NCBI GenBank assembly: GCA_902489795.1 | Contig: CABUBU010000001.1 | Span: 41,956 to 105,955 of the forward strand | Length of the DNA: 64,000 nt | Source of the DNA: an uncultured Azospirillum sp. | GTDB lineage: Bacteria; Pseudomonadota; Alphaproteobacteria; RF32; CAG-239 | Direction: 5' to 3' | Shown here: positions 1 through 12,102 of the stretch, one piece after another | How the letters are laid out: every line of letters begins with the position of its first letter | How positions within the stretch are numbered: position 1 is the first letter of the stretch | The notes under the pieces: model-generated | Told to the model about the DNA's origin: nothing | The model's input: only the letters and a program-made list of their open reading frames with translations | Databases searched by the model: none | Translations under genes and position numbers: made by a program

Positions 1-1
1 C

Positions 2-484
2 GGCATCGAGGTCTGCCACCGCTCGCTCGGCCAGAGCCGTTTCAACCGGAAACAGATTGCCGCGCTGACGGAGCTTTGCCGCGACATCATCGCCCGCCGG
101 CGGATTGCCCCGACCATGATCGTCGGCCACTCCGACGTCGCGCCGCAGCGCAAACCCGATCCGGGCAAAGGCTTTCCCTGGCGGGAACTGGCCGCCGCCG
201 ACGTCGGCATCTGGTACGGCAGCCGCTTTTCGGCGGAAACAGACATTGCCAAAATGCTTTCCGAAATCGGTTACGGCATTGCCGGCGAAAAGGGACTGCA
301 AGCAGCGGCCTATGCCTTCTGCCGGCGCTTTCTGCCGAAAAAAATCAGCAAACTACCGGTCAAAAAACTGGTGGAAATACCCTTTCCCGCCGACAGCGGA
401 GAGCTTTTAAACGACGGTGAATTTCTCAACACTCTGCAAAACATCCACTGCCAGTATCAGATTTACGGCAAAAGCAGTCTGTAA
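2..484 (+). CDS. N-acetylmuramoyl-L-alanine amidase, AmpD-like (amidase_2); 5' end lies outside the window
   Basis: Frame is open from the window edge. The ...TMIVGHSDVAPQRKPDPGKGFPWREL motif matches the zinc-amidase AmpD C-terminal half, with a C-terminal extension. Confidence 0.6.
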   Translation, partial: GIEVCHRSLGQSRFNRKQIAALTELCRDIIARRRIAPTMIVGHSDVAPQRKPDPGKGFPWRELAAADVGIWYGSRFSAETDIAKMLSEIGYGIAGEKGLQAAAYAFCRRFLPKKISKLPVKKLVEIPFPADSGELLNDGEFLNTLQNIHCQYQIYGKSSL

Positions 485-522
485 ACCGTCCCCCACACGG
501 CGGCAGGTGCATTTTCAGCCGC

Positions 523-556
523 AAAAAAACTCCCGGGAACCCCGGGAGTTTTTTGT
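523..556. terminator. bidirectional intrinsic terminator between the convergent amidase and metG genes
   Basis: An A7 run, then hairpin ctcccggg-aa-ccccgggag, then a T6 run. Confidence 0.7.
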
Positions 557-572
557 TTTCGGAACTTTTCCA

Positions 573-2111
573 TCATTCTTCAATCATCGGGAACAACGGA
601 TCGCCGACCTTGATTTCCGTTCCTTCCGGCAGCGCGAAAGGTTTGAAATCGGCTTTAAAACTTTCCGGTTCAACCCCGAGAGAAGCTTCAATTTTACGTG
701 CGGTGGCAGGCGTCAGCGGATACATGGCCAGCCCGATCAGACGCAGACATTCGAGCGTGGTGTAAACCACCGCCTCGAAACAGGCGCGCTCAGCCGGATT
801 CTTGGCCAGCACCCACGGCGTGTTGGCGGCAAAATAAGCATTGACCGCATCCCCGGCCTTAACCACGCTTTCGGCCAGCTCACTGACCGTTTCAAGCGAC
901 ATTTCCTGACGGAAAATTCTATCAAAACGGCCGGCAATATCGTTGACCAGTGCTTTGTCCTCTTCATTCAAAGCGGCCGGAGAAGGCACTTTGCCTTCAA
1001 GGCTTTTCTGCACCATTTTCAACACCCGCATCTGCAAATTGCCGATATTGTTGGCCAGCATTTTATACCCCTGTTTCAACATCGCCACGCTGATCTGGGA
1101 ATCTCCGCCGAGAGTCATGTTATTGATCAGATAGAAACGCAGCGCGTCAACGCCGAGCAGATTGACCACTTCTACCGGGTCAACCACGTTGCCGAGAGAC
1201 TTTGACATCTTGACTCCGCCTTCGCCGATCCAGTAACCATGGATAAAATAGTGTTCAACCGGTGCAACGCCCAACGCATGCAGCATAATCGGCCAATAAA
1301 TGCAGTGGGGTTTGAGAATGTCCTTGGCAATCAGATGGTGGGAATGAGCCCAGACCGTTTCGAAATCTGGATTGTGTCCGTAATTCAAAGTGGAAATGTA
1401 ATTGACCAGCGCGTCAAACCAGATGTAGGTAACATAGTCATGATCAAACGGAAGTTCGACGCCCAGCCATACCCGCGACTTCGGACGAGAAATACAAAGA
1501 TCCTCAAGCGGTTCCCTCAGCATGCCCAGAACCTCGTTGGCGTATTTGGCCGGCTGTATCCAGTCCGGATGACTTTTAATATGATCGATCAGCCATTGAC
1601 GGTATGGTTCCAGACGGAAGAAATAGTTTTCCTCGCTGATGGCTTTCGGTGCCGTCTTATGATCAGGGCAGCAACCGTTCTCATCAAGATCGCTTTTCTT
1701 TTTGAATTGCTCGCAGCCTTCGCAGTAAAGTCCCTCGTACGACTTTTTGACAATCAGCCCCTTGTCATAAATATTTTGCAGAATCTCCTGCACGATTTTC
1801 TTGTGTTCAGGGCGCGAAGTGCGGACAAAATAGTCAAAGTCAATGCCGAGCTCGACGAACAGATTTCGAAAGTTGTCGCTCTGCCTGGTCAGAAACTCAT
1901 CGGCCGCAAGGCCGCTTGCTTCAATGCTGTGCTGGTTCTTCTGCCCGTGTTCGTCGGTGCCGGTGGTATAGTACACGCCATTGCCCCGCATCTGTTCAAA
2001 CTTTTTCATCACATCGCCCAGAATGGACGTATAGGCATGTCCGATATGCGGCAGCCCGTTCAGATAATAAATCGGGGTGGTAATATATTTTTGCATCGAC
2101 GCTTTCTCCAA
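573..2111 (-). CDS. metG: methionyl-tRNA synthetase (short form, 512 aa, no C-terminal tRNA-binding domain)
   Basis: HIGH-type motif PHIGHAYT, KMSKS motif, and CxxC zinc knuckles in a full-length ORF. Confidence 0.92.
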   Translation of the reverse strand: MEKASMQKYITTPIYYLNGLPHIGHAYTSILGDVMKKFEQMRGNGVYYTTGTDEHGQKNQHSIEASGLAADEFLTRQSDNFRNLFVELGIDFDYFVRTSRPEHKKIVQEILQNIYDKGLIVKKSYEGLYCEGCEQFKKKSDLDENGCCPDHKTAPKAISEENYFFRLEPYRQWLIDHIKSHPDWIQPAKYANEVLGMLREPLEDLCISRPKSRVWLGVELPFDHDYVTYIWFDALVNYISTLNYGHNPDFETVWAHSHHLIAKDILKPHCIYWPIMLHALGVAPVEHYFIHGYWIGEGGVKMSKSLGNVVDPVEVVNLLGVDALRFYLINNMTLGGDSQISVAMLKQGYKMLANNIGNLQMRVLKMVQKSLEGKVPSPAALNEEDKALVNDIAGRFDRIFRQEMSLETVSELAESVVKAGDAVNAYFAANTPWVLAKNPAERACFEAVVYTTLECLRLIGLAMYPLTPATARKIEASLGVEPESFKADFKPFALPEGTEIKVGDPLFPMIEE

Positions 2112-2307
2112 GTTAAATCAAAACCTGCCCGGCAGAGTATAACAACTCGCCGCTAAAATCAACGCCTTTTTAGGCCATTATCGACAGTCTTCGGCAGTTT
2201 CTCCGGGTATAAGGAACGCGTTTTTCCGCAACAACGGCAAAAAAATGCTTTATTTTTTCAAAAATTATGTTATATAAAGAATATTCTTTCATAAAAGTTA
2301 ATTGAAA

Positions 2308-2332
2308 GTGGGGCCGAAAGCCCCGCTTTTTT
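2308..2332 (+). promoter_or_regulatory. terminator-like hairpin in the rimP leader (candidate attenuator)
   Basis: gtggggccgaaagccccgc followed by T6, about 20 nt upstream of the rimP ATG within the divergent metG/rimP intergenic region. Confidence 0.4.
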
Positions 2333-2352
2333 GTTAATAAAAAGGAGTCTAA

Positions 2353-2868
2353 ATGCAAAAGAAACACCCGCTGCAGGAAATGCTGAAACCGCTTATCGAC
2401 GAGATGGGCTTCGATCTGGTACGCATCATCACCATCGGCAACGTCAACCCCACCTTGCAGATCATGATCGAACGCAAGGACCGGGAAAACATCGTCGTCG
2501 ACGACTGCGCCGCCGTCAGCCGCGCCGTTTCCGCCCTGCTGGACGAAAAGGATCCGATCGCCGGCCGTTATACTCTGGAAGTCAGCTCGCCGGGGCTCGA
2601 CCGCCCGCTAACCGCGCTTGAAAATTTTGTCCGATTCGCCGGATTTGAGGCCAAGATAGAAACCGACGTCGAAATCGAAAAACGCAAACGTTTCAAAGGC
2701 CGCATTGTCCGGGTAGACGAAAACGACAACATCGTTTTTGCCATGGACGGGGAAGAATATCTCATTCCCTACGAGGCCGTTTTCAAAGCCAAGCTGCTTC
2801 TGACCGACGAACTGCTGGCCGCCGCCGCAAATGAGGCCGGCGAAGAAGAAACCGAAATTGAAGAATAA
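2353..2868 (+). CDS. rimP: ribosome maturation factor RimP
   Basis: DUF150-type sequence, RBS aaaaggag, and position immediately upstream of nusA. Confidence 0.85.
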   Translation: MQKKHPLQEMLKPLIDEMGFDLVRIITIGNVNPTLQIMIERKDRENIVVDDCAAVSRAVSALLDEKDPIAGRYTLEVSSPGLDRPLTALENFVRFAGFEAKIETDVEIEKRKRFKGRIVRVDENDNIVFAMDGEEYLIPYEAVFKAKLLLTDELLAAAANEAGEEETEIEE

Positions 2869-2899
2869 ACCTAACTGCAATATTTTAACGAGGGAAAAA

Positions 2900-4435
2900 A
2901 TGCCAAATATCGAAAATATGCCGAGACCCGAAATCATTCTGGTTGCCGACACCGTTGCCCGCGAAAAAAACATCGACAAGGAAGACGTTTTCGTCGCCAT
3001 GGAAGTTGCCATTCAGAAAGCAGCCCGCTCCCGCTACGGCTTTGAACACGACATCCGCGCGCAGATCGACCGCAAAACCGGCGCCATCACGCTGGAGCGC
3101 TACCGCGAAGTGGTCGACGAAGTGGAAAACGAAGTAACCCAGCTGACGGTCGAAGACGCTCAGGCATATAAAAAGGGCGCTGTTGCCGGCGATTTCATCA
3201 TTGATACCCTGCCGCCGATCGACTTCGGCCGGGTTGCCGCCCAAACCGCCAAACAGGTGATCGTGCAGAAAGTGCGCGATGCCGAACGCAACCGCCAGTA
3301 TGAAGAATATAAGGAAAAAATGGGCACCATCGTCAACGGCACCGTCAAACGGATCGAGTTCGGAAACGTTGTGCTCGATATTGGCAAAACCGAAGCGGTG
3401 CTGCGCCGCGACGAAATCATTCCGCGGGAAAAATTCAAAAACGGCGACCGCGTCCGCGCCTATGTGCTCGACGTCCGCCGCGAAGTTAAAGGCCCGCAGA
3501 TTTTCCTTTCCCGCACCTGTCCGGAATTTCTGGCCGCCCTGTTCACTCAGGAAGTGCCGGAAATTTATGACGGCATTGTCAAGATCATGGGCGTTGCCCG
3601 AGATCCCGGCTCCAAAGCCAAACTGGCGGTAAAAGCAGAAGACGTTACCATTGACCCGGTCGGCGCCTGCGTCGGCCTGAGAGGTATCCGCGTTCAAGCG
3701 GTGGTTACTGAACTGCAGGGCGAAAAAATTGATATCATTCCCTATTCCGAGGACCGTGCCCAGTATATGGTCAGCGCGCTGGCGCCGGCAGAAGTCAGCA
3801 AAGTGGTCATCGACGAGGAAAACAACCGCATCGAAGCGGTGGTTCCCAAGGAACAGTTTTCGATTGCCATCGGCCGCCGCGGACAAAACGTCAAACTGGC
3901 TTCCCAGCTTTTGAACTGCGACATCGACGTTCTGACCGAAGAGCAGGAAGCCGAACGCCGCTCCAACGAAAACAAAGTCCGTTCCCAGCGCTTTATGGAA
4001 GCTCTTGACGTTGACGAAATGATCGCCCACCTGCTGATTGCCGAAGGCTTCTCCACGGTTGACGAAGTGGCTCTGGTACCGCTGCACGAACTGGCCGAAA
4101 TCGAAGGCTTTGACGAAGACATTGCCACCGAGCTGCAGGACCGTGCCAAAGAGTTCGTAGCCAAACGCGACGCCGAATTTGCCGAAAAGAGCAAAACCCT
4201 CGGCATCGACGATACCTTAAAAACGGTAACCGGGCTTGACCAGGAAATGATCCTGACCCTGGCCGAAAAAGGCGTCAAAACCTTAGACGACCTGGCCGAC
4301 CTGGCAGCCGACGAGCTGATCGAAATGCTCGGCGAAAACACGCTGTCGCAGACGGAGGCCAACAAGGTCATTATGGCCGCCCGCGAACACTGGTTTGAAA
4401 ACGAAGGACAAGAAGACGGGGATGAAAGAAAATAA
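2900..4435 (+). CDS. nusA: transcription termination/antitermination factor NusA
   Basis: NusA N-terminal region, S1 domain and KH domains, with acidic C-terminal repeats. The ATG at 2900 has a gaggga RBS; the track ORF starts earlier, at 2831. Confidence 0.9.
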   Translation: MPNIENMPRPEIILVADTVAREKNIDKEDVFVAMEVAIQKAARSRYGFEHDIRAQIDRKTGAITLERYREVVDEVENEVTQLTVEDAQAYKKGAVAGDFIIDTLPPIDFGRVAAQTAKQVIVQKVRDAERNRQYEEYKEKMGTIVNGTVKRIEFGNVVLDIGKTEAVLRRDEIIPREKFKNGDRVRAYVLDVRREVKGPQIFLSRTCPEFLAALFTQEVPEIYDGIVKIMGVARDPGSKAKLAVKAEDVTIDPVGACVGLRGIRVQAVVTELQGEKIDIIPYSEDRAQYMVSALAPAEVSKVVIDEENNRIEAVVPKEQFSIAIGRRGQNVKLASQLLNCDIDVLTEEQEAERRSNENKVRSQRFMEALDVDEMIAHLLIAEGFSTVDEVALVPLHELAEIEGFDEDIATELQDRAKEFVAKRDAEFAEKSKTLGIDDTLKTVTGLDQEMILTLAEKGVKTLDDLADLAADELIEMLGENTLSQTEANKVIMAAREHWFENEGQEDGDERK

Positions 4436-4988
4436 TTCAAACCGCACCTGTCTGGTCACGGGGGAAGAAAAAAACAAGGAAGAACTCCTGCGTTTTACCC
4501 TCACCCCCGACCGTCAGGTCATACCCGATTTTAAGAAAAAACTGCCGGGAAAAGGTTTTTACATTACCAATTCCCGCGCGGTTTTGGCACAGGCCGTAAG
4601 CAAAAACGTCTTCAAAAAATTCGGCAAAAACACCAAAGTTGACCCGAATTTGGGGGAAACGGTCGAAAATATCTTGAAAAATCGGGCACTTGACGCTATA
4701 AATCTGGCCAAGAAGGCCGGCGCGCTGATTACCGGATTTGAAAAAGTCCGGGAAAACCTGCAAAAAGGTCGGGTCGCTTTTATCATCGAAGCGGCCGACG
4801 CCGGCAGCGACGGCAATGCAAAAATCAGAGCCGCCGCCGGGAATACGGAAATTTTGACATTGTTTGAAGTTGAGGAGTTGGACAAGGCATTAAACAGAAC
4901 AAACACGGTACACGCCGCCGTGCTGAAAGGCGGGATGGCGGAAATGGTCCGCAGCCAGTTGCGAAAATGGCAGAATTTCAATTCCTAA
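4422..4988 (+). CDS. YlxR/DUF448 RNA-binding protein fused to a ribosomal L7Ae-like domain
   Basis: CLVTG..K.ELLRF motif of DUF448, then a C-terminal L7Ae-like fold. Sits between nusA and infB and overlaps the nusA 3' end; the start could instead be 4395. Confidence 0.7.
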   Translation: MKENNSNRTCLVTGEEKNKEELLRFTLTPDRQVIPDFKKKLPGKGFYITNSRAVLAQAVSKNVFKKFGKNTKVDPNLGETVENILKNRALDAINLAKKAGALITGFEKVRENLQKGRVAFIIEAADAGSDGNAKIRAAAGNTEILTLFEVEELDKALNRTNTVHAAVLKGGMAEMVRSQLRKWQNFNS

Positions 4989-5017
4989 AAAAATGATAAG
5001 ATGGAGATAATTTGAGT

Positions 5018-7507
5018 ATGACAGAAGATAATGCAAAATCGAAGTTAACATTATCGGGAAAAAAAACGCTCACCCTTAAGAACCTGAGCGACGCCAGACC
5101 CGCCGGCGACGGCAAAAAAATGGTGCAGGTCGAAGTGCGCAAAAAACGGGTGATCAACCCGGCGGCGAACGCGGCCAAAGAAGTCAAAATCGACGAGGCC
5201 ACTGCCGCCAAGCTGAAACTGATCGCCGAAGCCAAGGAACACGAAGCGCGCCGCCAGCAGGAAGAAGAGGAAAAGGCGGCTCTGCGGCAGAAGCAGAAAG
5301 AGGAAGAAGCCCGCTTAAAAGAGCAGGAAGAACAAAAACGCCGCGAGGAAGAAGAGCGCCTGGAAAAAGAAAAGGCGGAAAAGGCGCGTCAGGCAACGGA
5401 AAAAGAAAAAGGCCGACCGGAAAAGGCAGAAGACGAACGCGACTTCAAGAACAAGGAAAAGGAACGCCGGGGCAAAGACTTTGACGACGAGGACGACGAA
5501 GACGACCGCGCCAAAAAGGCCCGTCCGACGACGGAAAAAGGCAAAAGCAAAGCAGAAGTCTTTGAGCAGGAACGCAAAAAAATCACCAAACGCAGCTTTG
5601 AACCGCAGCGCCGCAACCCGAAAGTAAACATCCACACCTTCGGCGGCAGCGACGATGACGACGACGATTACGGCTATGCCGCGCCCCGTCGCCGTTTCAA
5701 GAAAAAACAGCCGAAACCGGCACCGGTCGTCCAGCCGCAGGAAAAGATCATCAAGGAAGTGATCATTCCCGAGGTTATTACCGTACAGGAACTGGCCAAC
5801 CGGATGGCGGAAAAAGGTGCCGAGGTCATCAAAAAACTGATGTCTCTCGGAGTGATGGCCACCATCAACCAGCCGATTGACGCCGACACCGCACAGATCA
5901 TCGTCGAAGAAATGGGTCACAAATGGAAACGGGTGGCCGACAGCGACGTCGAAATGGTCTTAAACGAAGAACAGAGCAAGCCCGAAAATATGCTGCCCCG
6001 CGCACCGGTGGTTACCGTCATGGGTCACGTCGACCACGGCAAGACCTCGCTTTTGGACGCCTTGCGCGAATCCAACGTTGCTGCCAAGGAAGCCGGCGGC
6101 ATCACCCAGCATATCGGCGCTTATCAGATCACGCTCGGTGACGGACAGAAGATCACTTTCATCGATACACCGGGACATGAGGCGTTTTCCGAAATGCGTG
6201 CCCGCGGCGCCAAGGTAACCGACATCGTAGTGCTGGTAGTGGCCGCCAACGACGGCATTATGCCGCAGACGGTGGAAGCCATTCGCCACGCCCAGGCGGC
6301 GGAAGTGCCGATCGTGGTCGCCATCAACAAAATCGACCTGCCCGGCGCCGATCCGCTGAAAGTTAAGACCGCGCTTTTACAGCACGGCATCGCGGTTGAA
6401 GAAATGGGCGGCGAATGCCTGTGCGCCGAAGTTTCCGCCAAAAAGCGGATCAACATCGACAAACTGGTGGAAGCGATCCTGCTGCAGGCGGAAATTCTTG
6501 ACCTCAAAGCCGATCCGACCAGCAAAGCCAGCGGCACCGTCATCGAGGCCAAAATGGAAAAGGGCCGCGGCTCGGTTGCCACCCTGCTGGTACAAAAAGG
6601 CACATTGAAAGTCGGCGACATCATCATTGCCGGCAAAGAATGGGGACACGTCCGCGCCATGTTCAACGAACACGGACACAAGATTTTCGAATCCGGACCG
6701 GCCACCCCGGTCGAAGTCATCGGTTTACAGGGCACCCCTGCCGCCGGCGACAACTTCAACATGGTGGAAAGCGAATCCCAGGCCAAGGAAATCACCAACT
6801 ACCGCATTCAGAAAGAACGCGACGCCAAGTTGGTCAAGAGCGCCAAATCGGCGATGGAACAGATGCTCGACAAGATTAAATCGGGCGAATCCAAACACCT
6901 GCCGGTCATCATCAAGGCCGACGTCCAGGGTTCGATCGAAGCCATTGAGGGTACATTGAACAAACTATCGAACAACGAAGTCAGCGTCCAGATCCTGCAT
7001 TCGGCGGTCGGCCCGATTTCAGAATCCGACATCACGCTGGCCAAAGCCTCCAACGCGTTGATCATCGGCTTTAACGTCCGCGCGATTCCGCAGGCTCGCG
7101 ACATGGCTCGCCGCGACGGTGTTGACATCCGTTATTATTCGATTATCTACGATGTGGCCGACGACGTTAAGAAAGGTCTGGAAGGTCTGCTTTCACCCGA
7201 ACTGCGCGAAAAACTTCTCGGCTATGCGGAAATCCGCAACGTCTTCAACATCACCGGCGTCGGCAAGGTGGCTGGCTGCATGGTTACCGAAGGTCTGGTC
7301 AAACGCGGCGCCAAAGTCCGCCTGTTGCGCGACAACGTGGTCATCCACGACGGCAGCCTCGGCCAGCTGAAACGCTTTAAGGACGACGTCAAGGAAGTCA
7401 AGGAAGGCTATGAATGCGGCATGAGTTTTGAAAACTACAACGACATTCAGGTCGGCGACTTCATCGAATGTTACGAAATCGAAACCATCGCCGCCAAACT
7501 GGCGTAG
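5018..7507 (+). CDS. infB: translation initiation factor IF-2
   Basis: Charged K/E-rich N-terminal region, G-domain [14 protein letters not shown] and DTPGHEAF, C-terminal beta-barrels. RBS ggaga upstream of the ATG at 5018. Confidence 0.95.
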   Translation: MTEDNAKSKLTLSGKKTLTLKNLSDARPAGDGKKMVQVEVRKKRVINPAANAAKEVKIDEATAAKLKLIAEAKEHEARRQQEEEEKAALRQKQKEEEARLKEQEEQKRREEEERLEKEKAEKARQATEKEKGRPEKAEDERDFKNKEKERRGKDFDDEDDEDDRAKKARPTTEKGKSKAEVFEQERKKITKRSFEPQRRNPKVNIHTFGGSDDDDDDYGYAAPRRRFKKKQPKPAPVVQPQEKIIKEVIIPEVITVQELANRMAEKGAEVIKKLMSLGVMATINQPIDADTAQIIVEEMGHKWKRVADSDVEMVLNEEQSKPENMLPRAPVVTVMGHVDHGKTSLLDALRESNVAAKEAGGITQHIGAYQITLGDGQKITFIDTPGHEAFSEMRARGAKVTDIVVLVVAANDGIMPQTVEAIRHAQAAEVPIVVAINKIDLPGADPLKVKTALLQHGIAVEEMGGECLCAEVSAKKRINIDKLVEAILLQAEILDLKADPTSKASGTVIEAKMEKGRGSVATLLVQKGTLKVGDIIIAGKEWGHVRAMFNEHGHKIFESGPATPVEVIGLQGTPAAGDNFNMVESESQAKEITNYRIQKERDAKLVKSAKSAMEQMLDKIKSGESKHLPVIIKADVQGSIEAIEGTLNKLSNNEVSVQILHSAVGPISESDITLAKASNALIIGFNVRAIPQARDMARRDGVDIRYYSIIYDVADDVKKGLEGLLSPELREKLLGYAEIRNVFNITGVGKVAGCMVTEGLVKRGAKVRLLRDNVVIHDGSLGQLKRFKDDVKEVKEGYECGMSFENYNDIQVGDFIECYEIETIAAKLA

Positions 7508-7589
7508 GAGATTAACTTCGGAGCAGACCGGAAATCCGGCATCGCCGGACTTTCGGTCTGTTGCGCATAAAAAAAAAGAGGAACAATAA

Positions 7590-7970
7590 ATGGCAATCAA
7601 AGAACAATCCCAGCGGCAGCTTCGCGTCGGCCAGGAAATCAAACGGATCATTGCGGCCGAAATAAACCAAGGCCGGGTTCGCAATCTGGAAGGAATCAAC
7701 ACTCTGGTCACCGTTATGGAAGCTCAGGTATCCCCCGACTTAAAATATGCAGACATCTATTTCATCACCTCCAACCCGGAAACCGACAAGGAAGTTCTCG
7801 AAGGGCTGCAGTTGGCGGCCAACCACTTCCGCAAAGTCGTCGGCACCAAAACGGCGCTGCGCTTTGTTCCGGAAATCCGCTTCAAGATCGACGACAGCTT
7901 TGCTGAGGTTGATAAGATTGAAAAACTGCTGCATGATCCCAAAGTCGCCCGGGATTTAAGCGAAAACTAA
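7590..7970 (+). CDS. rbfA: ribosome-binding factor A
   Basis: RbfA family sequence with an RBS aagagg, in the conserved infB-rbfA-truB order. Confidence 0.85.
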   Translation: MAIKEQSQRQLRVGQEIKRIIAAEINQGRVRNLEGINTLVTVMEAQVSPDLKYADIYFITSNPETDKEVLEGLQLAANHFRKVVGTKTALRFVPEIRFKIDDSFAEVDKIEKLLHDPKVARDLSEN

Positions 7971-7974
7971 TCCG

Positions 7975-8003
7975 TTTCCCGGCAAAGTCCGGGATTTTTT
8001 TTC
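7975..8003 (+). terminator. intrinsic terminator after rbfA
   Basis: Hairpin tcccggcaaagtccggga followed by T8. Confidence 0.65.
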
Positions 8004-8049
8004 ACGTTCCGCGGAAAACTTTCCGCCGGCAGCCAAGGAGAAACATCCG

Positions 8050-8979
8050 ATGAAACACCGCAAAGGAGACCCCGTCAACGGCTGGCTCGTCATCGACAAG
8101 CCGGAAGGCATGGGTTCGACCGAAGTCGTCAACCTTACCCGCCGGCTGCTCAACGCGCAGAAAAACGGTCACACCGGCACGTTGGATCCTTTTGCCAGCG
8201 GAATTTTGCCGATTGCGTTCGGAGAAACCACCAAACTGATAGATTTTCTCGGCGACGAAACCAAAGAGTACGAATTCACCGTTCAATGGGGTACGGAAAC
8301 CGACAGCGCCGACAGCGACGGCAGCATAACCGCCGACAACGGAAGAATTCCGGCAGATGAGGAAATTCTGGCCTTATTGCCGCAGTTTTGCGGCGAGATC
8401 ACACAGACACCGCCGGCCTTTTGCGCCGTTAAAATCAACGGCCGCCGCGCCTACGAGCTGGCCCGTAAAGGCGAGGAAGTGAACATTCCCGAGCGTCAGA
8501 TTACCGTTTACGAACTGGAATTTACGGGCAGCCTGCCCGGCGGCCGCAGCAGCTTCAAAGTCCGCTGTTCCAAAGGCACTTACGTGCGCAGCCTCGGCCG
8601 CGACATCGCCCGCCGGCTGGGCACCTTCGGCCACCTCTGCCGCCTGCGCCGAACCCGTTCGGGAATTTTTGACGAGTCGGCAAAAATTTTGCTGGAAACT
8701 TTGCAAAATGTAGTGTATGTTGACGAACGTAAACGATTTTTGCTTCCGTCAGAAACCTCTCTGCGCGACATCGCGGTCATGGCTGTTTCGGAAGCGGAAG
8801 CCGCCAAACTCCTTCACGGACAGGCATTGTCACCCAAATCGCGGGAACATTCGTTTTCCGTCGGGCAGACGGTTGCCGCCGTTTGCGAAGGCCGGCTGGC
8901 GGCAATGGTGCGGATCGAAGAAACCAGGTTTTCGCCGGTTCGCGTATTTAATTTTAACCAGGAAAAAAAGGAAAAATAA
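8050..8979 (+). CDS. truB: tRNA pseudouridine-55 synthase TruB
   Basis: Motifs [16 protein letters not shown] and a PUA-like C-terminus. Confidence 0.9.
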   Translation: MKHRKGDPVNGWLVIDKPEGMGSTEVVNLTRRLLNAQKNGHTGTLDPFASGILPIAFGETTKLIDFLGDETKEYEFTVQWGTETDSADSDGSITADNGRIPADEEILALLPQFCGEITQTPPAFCAVKINGRRAYELARKGEEVNIPERQITVYELEFTGSLPGGRSSFKVRCSKGTYVRSLGRDIARRLGTFGHLCRLRRTRSGIFDESAKILLETLQNVVYVDERKRFLLPSETSLRDIAVMAVSEAEAAKLLHGQALSPKSREHSFSVGQTVAAVCEGRLAAMVRIEETRFSPVRVFNFNQEKKEK

Positions 8980-8981
8980 AG

Positions 8982-9251
8982 ATGTCGATTAGCAAAGAAA
9001 TTAAGAACGAATTGGCCAAAACTTACGGCCTGGCCGAAGGCGACACCGGTTCGCCGGAAGTTCAGATTGCGATCTGGACGACCCGCATCAACAACCTGAT
9101 CGAGCACTTCAACGTTCACCGCAAAGACCTGCACTCCCGTCTGGGTCTGATGAAGATGGTCAGCAAACGCCGCCACCTTCTCGACTACCTGAAGAAAAAA
9201 GACGAAAAGAGATATCAGGAAATCATTAAAAAGCTTAACATTCGTCGTTAA
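8982..9251 (+). CDS. rpsO: 30S ribosomal protein S15
   Basis: 89-aa S15 sequence, ...[21 protein letters not shown].... Confidence 0.95.
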   Translation: MSISKEIKNELAKTYGLAEGDTGSPEVQIAIWTTRINNLIEHFNVHRKDLHSRLGLMKMVSKRRHLLDYLKKKDEKRYQEIIKKLNIRR

Positions 9252-9257
9252 GGTTTT

Positions 9258-9340
9258 GCAAGTATTGCGGAACATCAAACGGGTTCCGCAATACTTTTAT
9301 CAAAATCCTGTCCTCATCCGGACAGGTGATGTTTAAAGAT
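9258..9340 (+). promoter_or_regulatory. rpsO terminator/attenuator hairpin plus a second pnp-leader hairpin (likely RNase III / autoregulation site)
   Basis: gcaagtattgcggaac-atcaaacgg-gttccgcaatactt followed by TTTTAT, then cctgtcc-tcatccg-gacagg before the pnp RBS. Confidence 0.6.
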
Positions 9341-9367
9341 GTAAGATGAAAAGAAAGGTAAGACAAT

Positions 9368-11494
<2,127 letters not shown>

Positions 11495-11513
11495 TCATCC
11501 GCACGGATACCTC

Positions 11514-11550
11514 AAAAAAAAGCCGGCTGAAGTTCAGACGGCTTTTTTAG
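11514..11550 (+). terminator. intrinsic terminator after pnp
   Basis: A-run, hairpin aagccggctgaagttcagacggctt, then TTTTAG. Confidence 0.7.
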
Positions 11551-11615
11551 TATCCATACCATACGATTCAATTTATTTTTATCTCGCAGACGACACCGTC
11601 AGATAAAACGGTTAT

Positions 11616-11981
11616 TTACGAATTTTCGTCTTCAAGCTTATAATCTTCACGGGATTCCAGGTAACTAAGCTTCATCTCATCTCCGTAAATATAGATAACG
11701 AGTGCCGTATAAGCCAAAAGAAAAACCCATGTGCCGATTGATACTTTAAACTCGTTATAGCCTTTCACGTACCACTCCCAATAACTATCCGGCACAAAAC
11801 CTTCATAAAACGCTATAATAAGCCACAACGCGGCGTATATGACCATCCCCAACGACGGCATAATGAACAGAAAGGGAATTATGAAAAGCATTGTAAAAAC
11901 ACACAACAATTCCAAACAGCACACGACAATCCTCAGTAAAATTTTAATAACTTCGGTTTTCGTAAGCGATAAAAATTTCAT
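11616..11981 (-). CDS. hypothetical small polytopic membrane protein (AT-rich island a)
   Basis: 121-aa ORF with 3-4 hydrophobic helices in a low-GC context; no recognisable family. Confidence 0.35.
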   Translation of the reverse strand: MKFLSLTKTEVIKILLRIVVCCLELLCVFTMLFIIPFLFIMPSLGMVIYAALWLIIAFYEGFVPDSYWEWYVKGYNEFKVSIGTWVFLLAYTALVIYIYGDEMKLSYLESREDYKLEDENS

Positions 11982-12102
11982 GCCTCTTTTTCTTTCCTTA
12001 CCACTGATAAAAAATGTTATTTGCCGTCAAACAGTTTGTCAATAGTTTTATCGACAAACGCCCCTACCGTCTCACCAATCACAGGATTCAAAATTTCCCT
12101 CA

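Noticed and set aside
2885-4087. 400-aa minus-strand ORF antisense to nusA
   Set aside because: It lies entirely inside the well-supported nusA CDS on the opposite strand. Its composition is Gly/Ala/Val/Arg-rich low complexity, typical of spurious antisense ORFs in GC-rich DNA.
5267-5700. Repetitive [15 protein letters not shown] sequence in the infB 5' region, considered as a tandem DNA repeat
   Set aside because: This is the normal low-complexity charged linker of the IF-2 N-terminal domain. It is not an independent repeat element.
7508-7565. Stem-loop after infB, considered as a terminator
   Set aside because: The hairpin cagaccg...cggtctg is followed by an A-run on the plus strand rather than a U-run. 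It is therefore not a canonical intrinsic terminator for infB. It may be an mRNA processing or stability element, but there is no further support.
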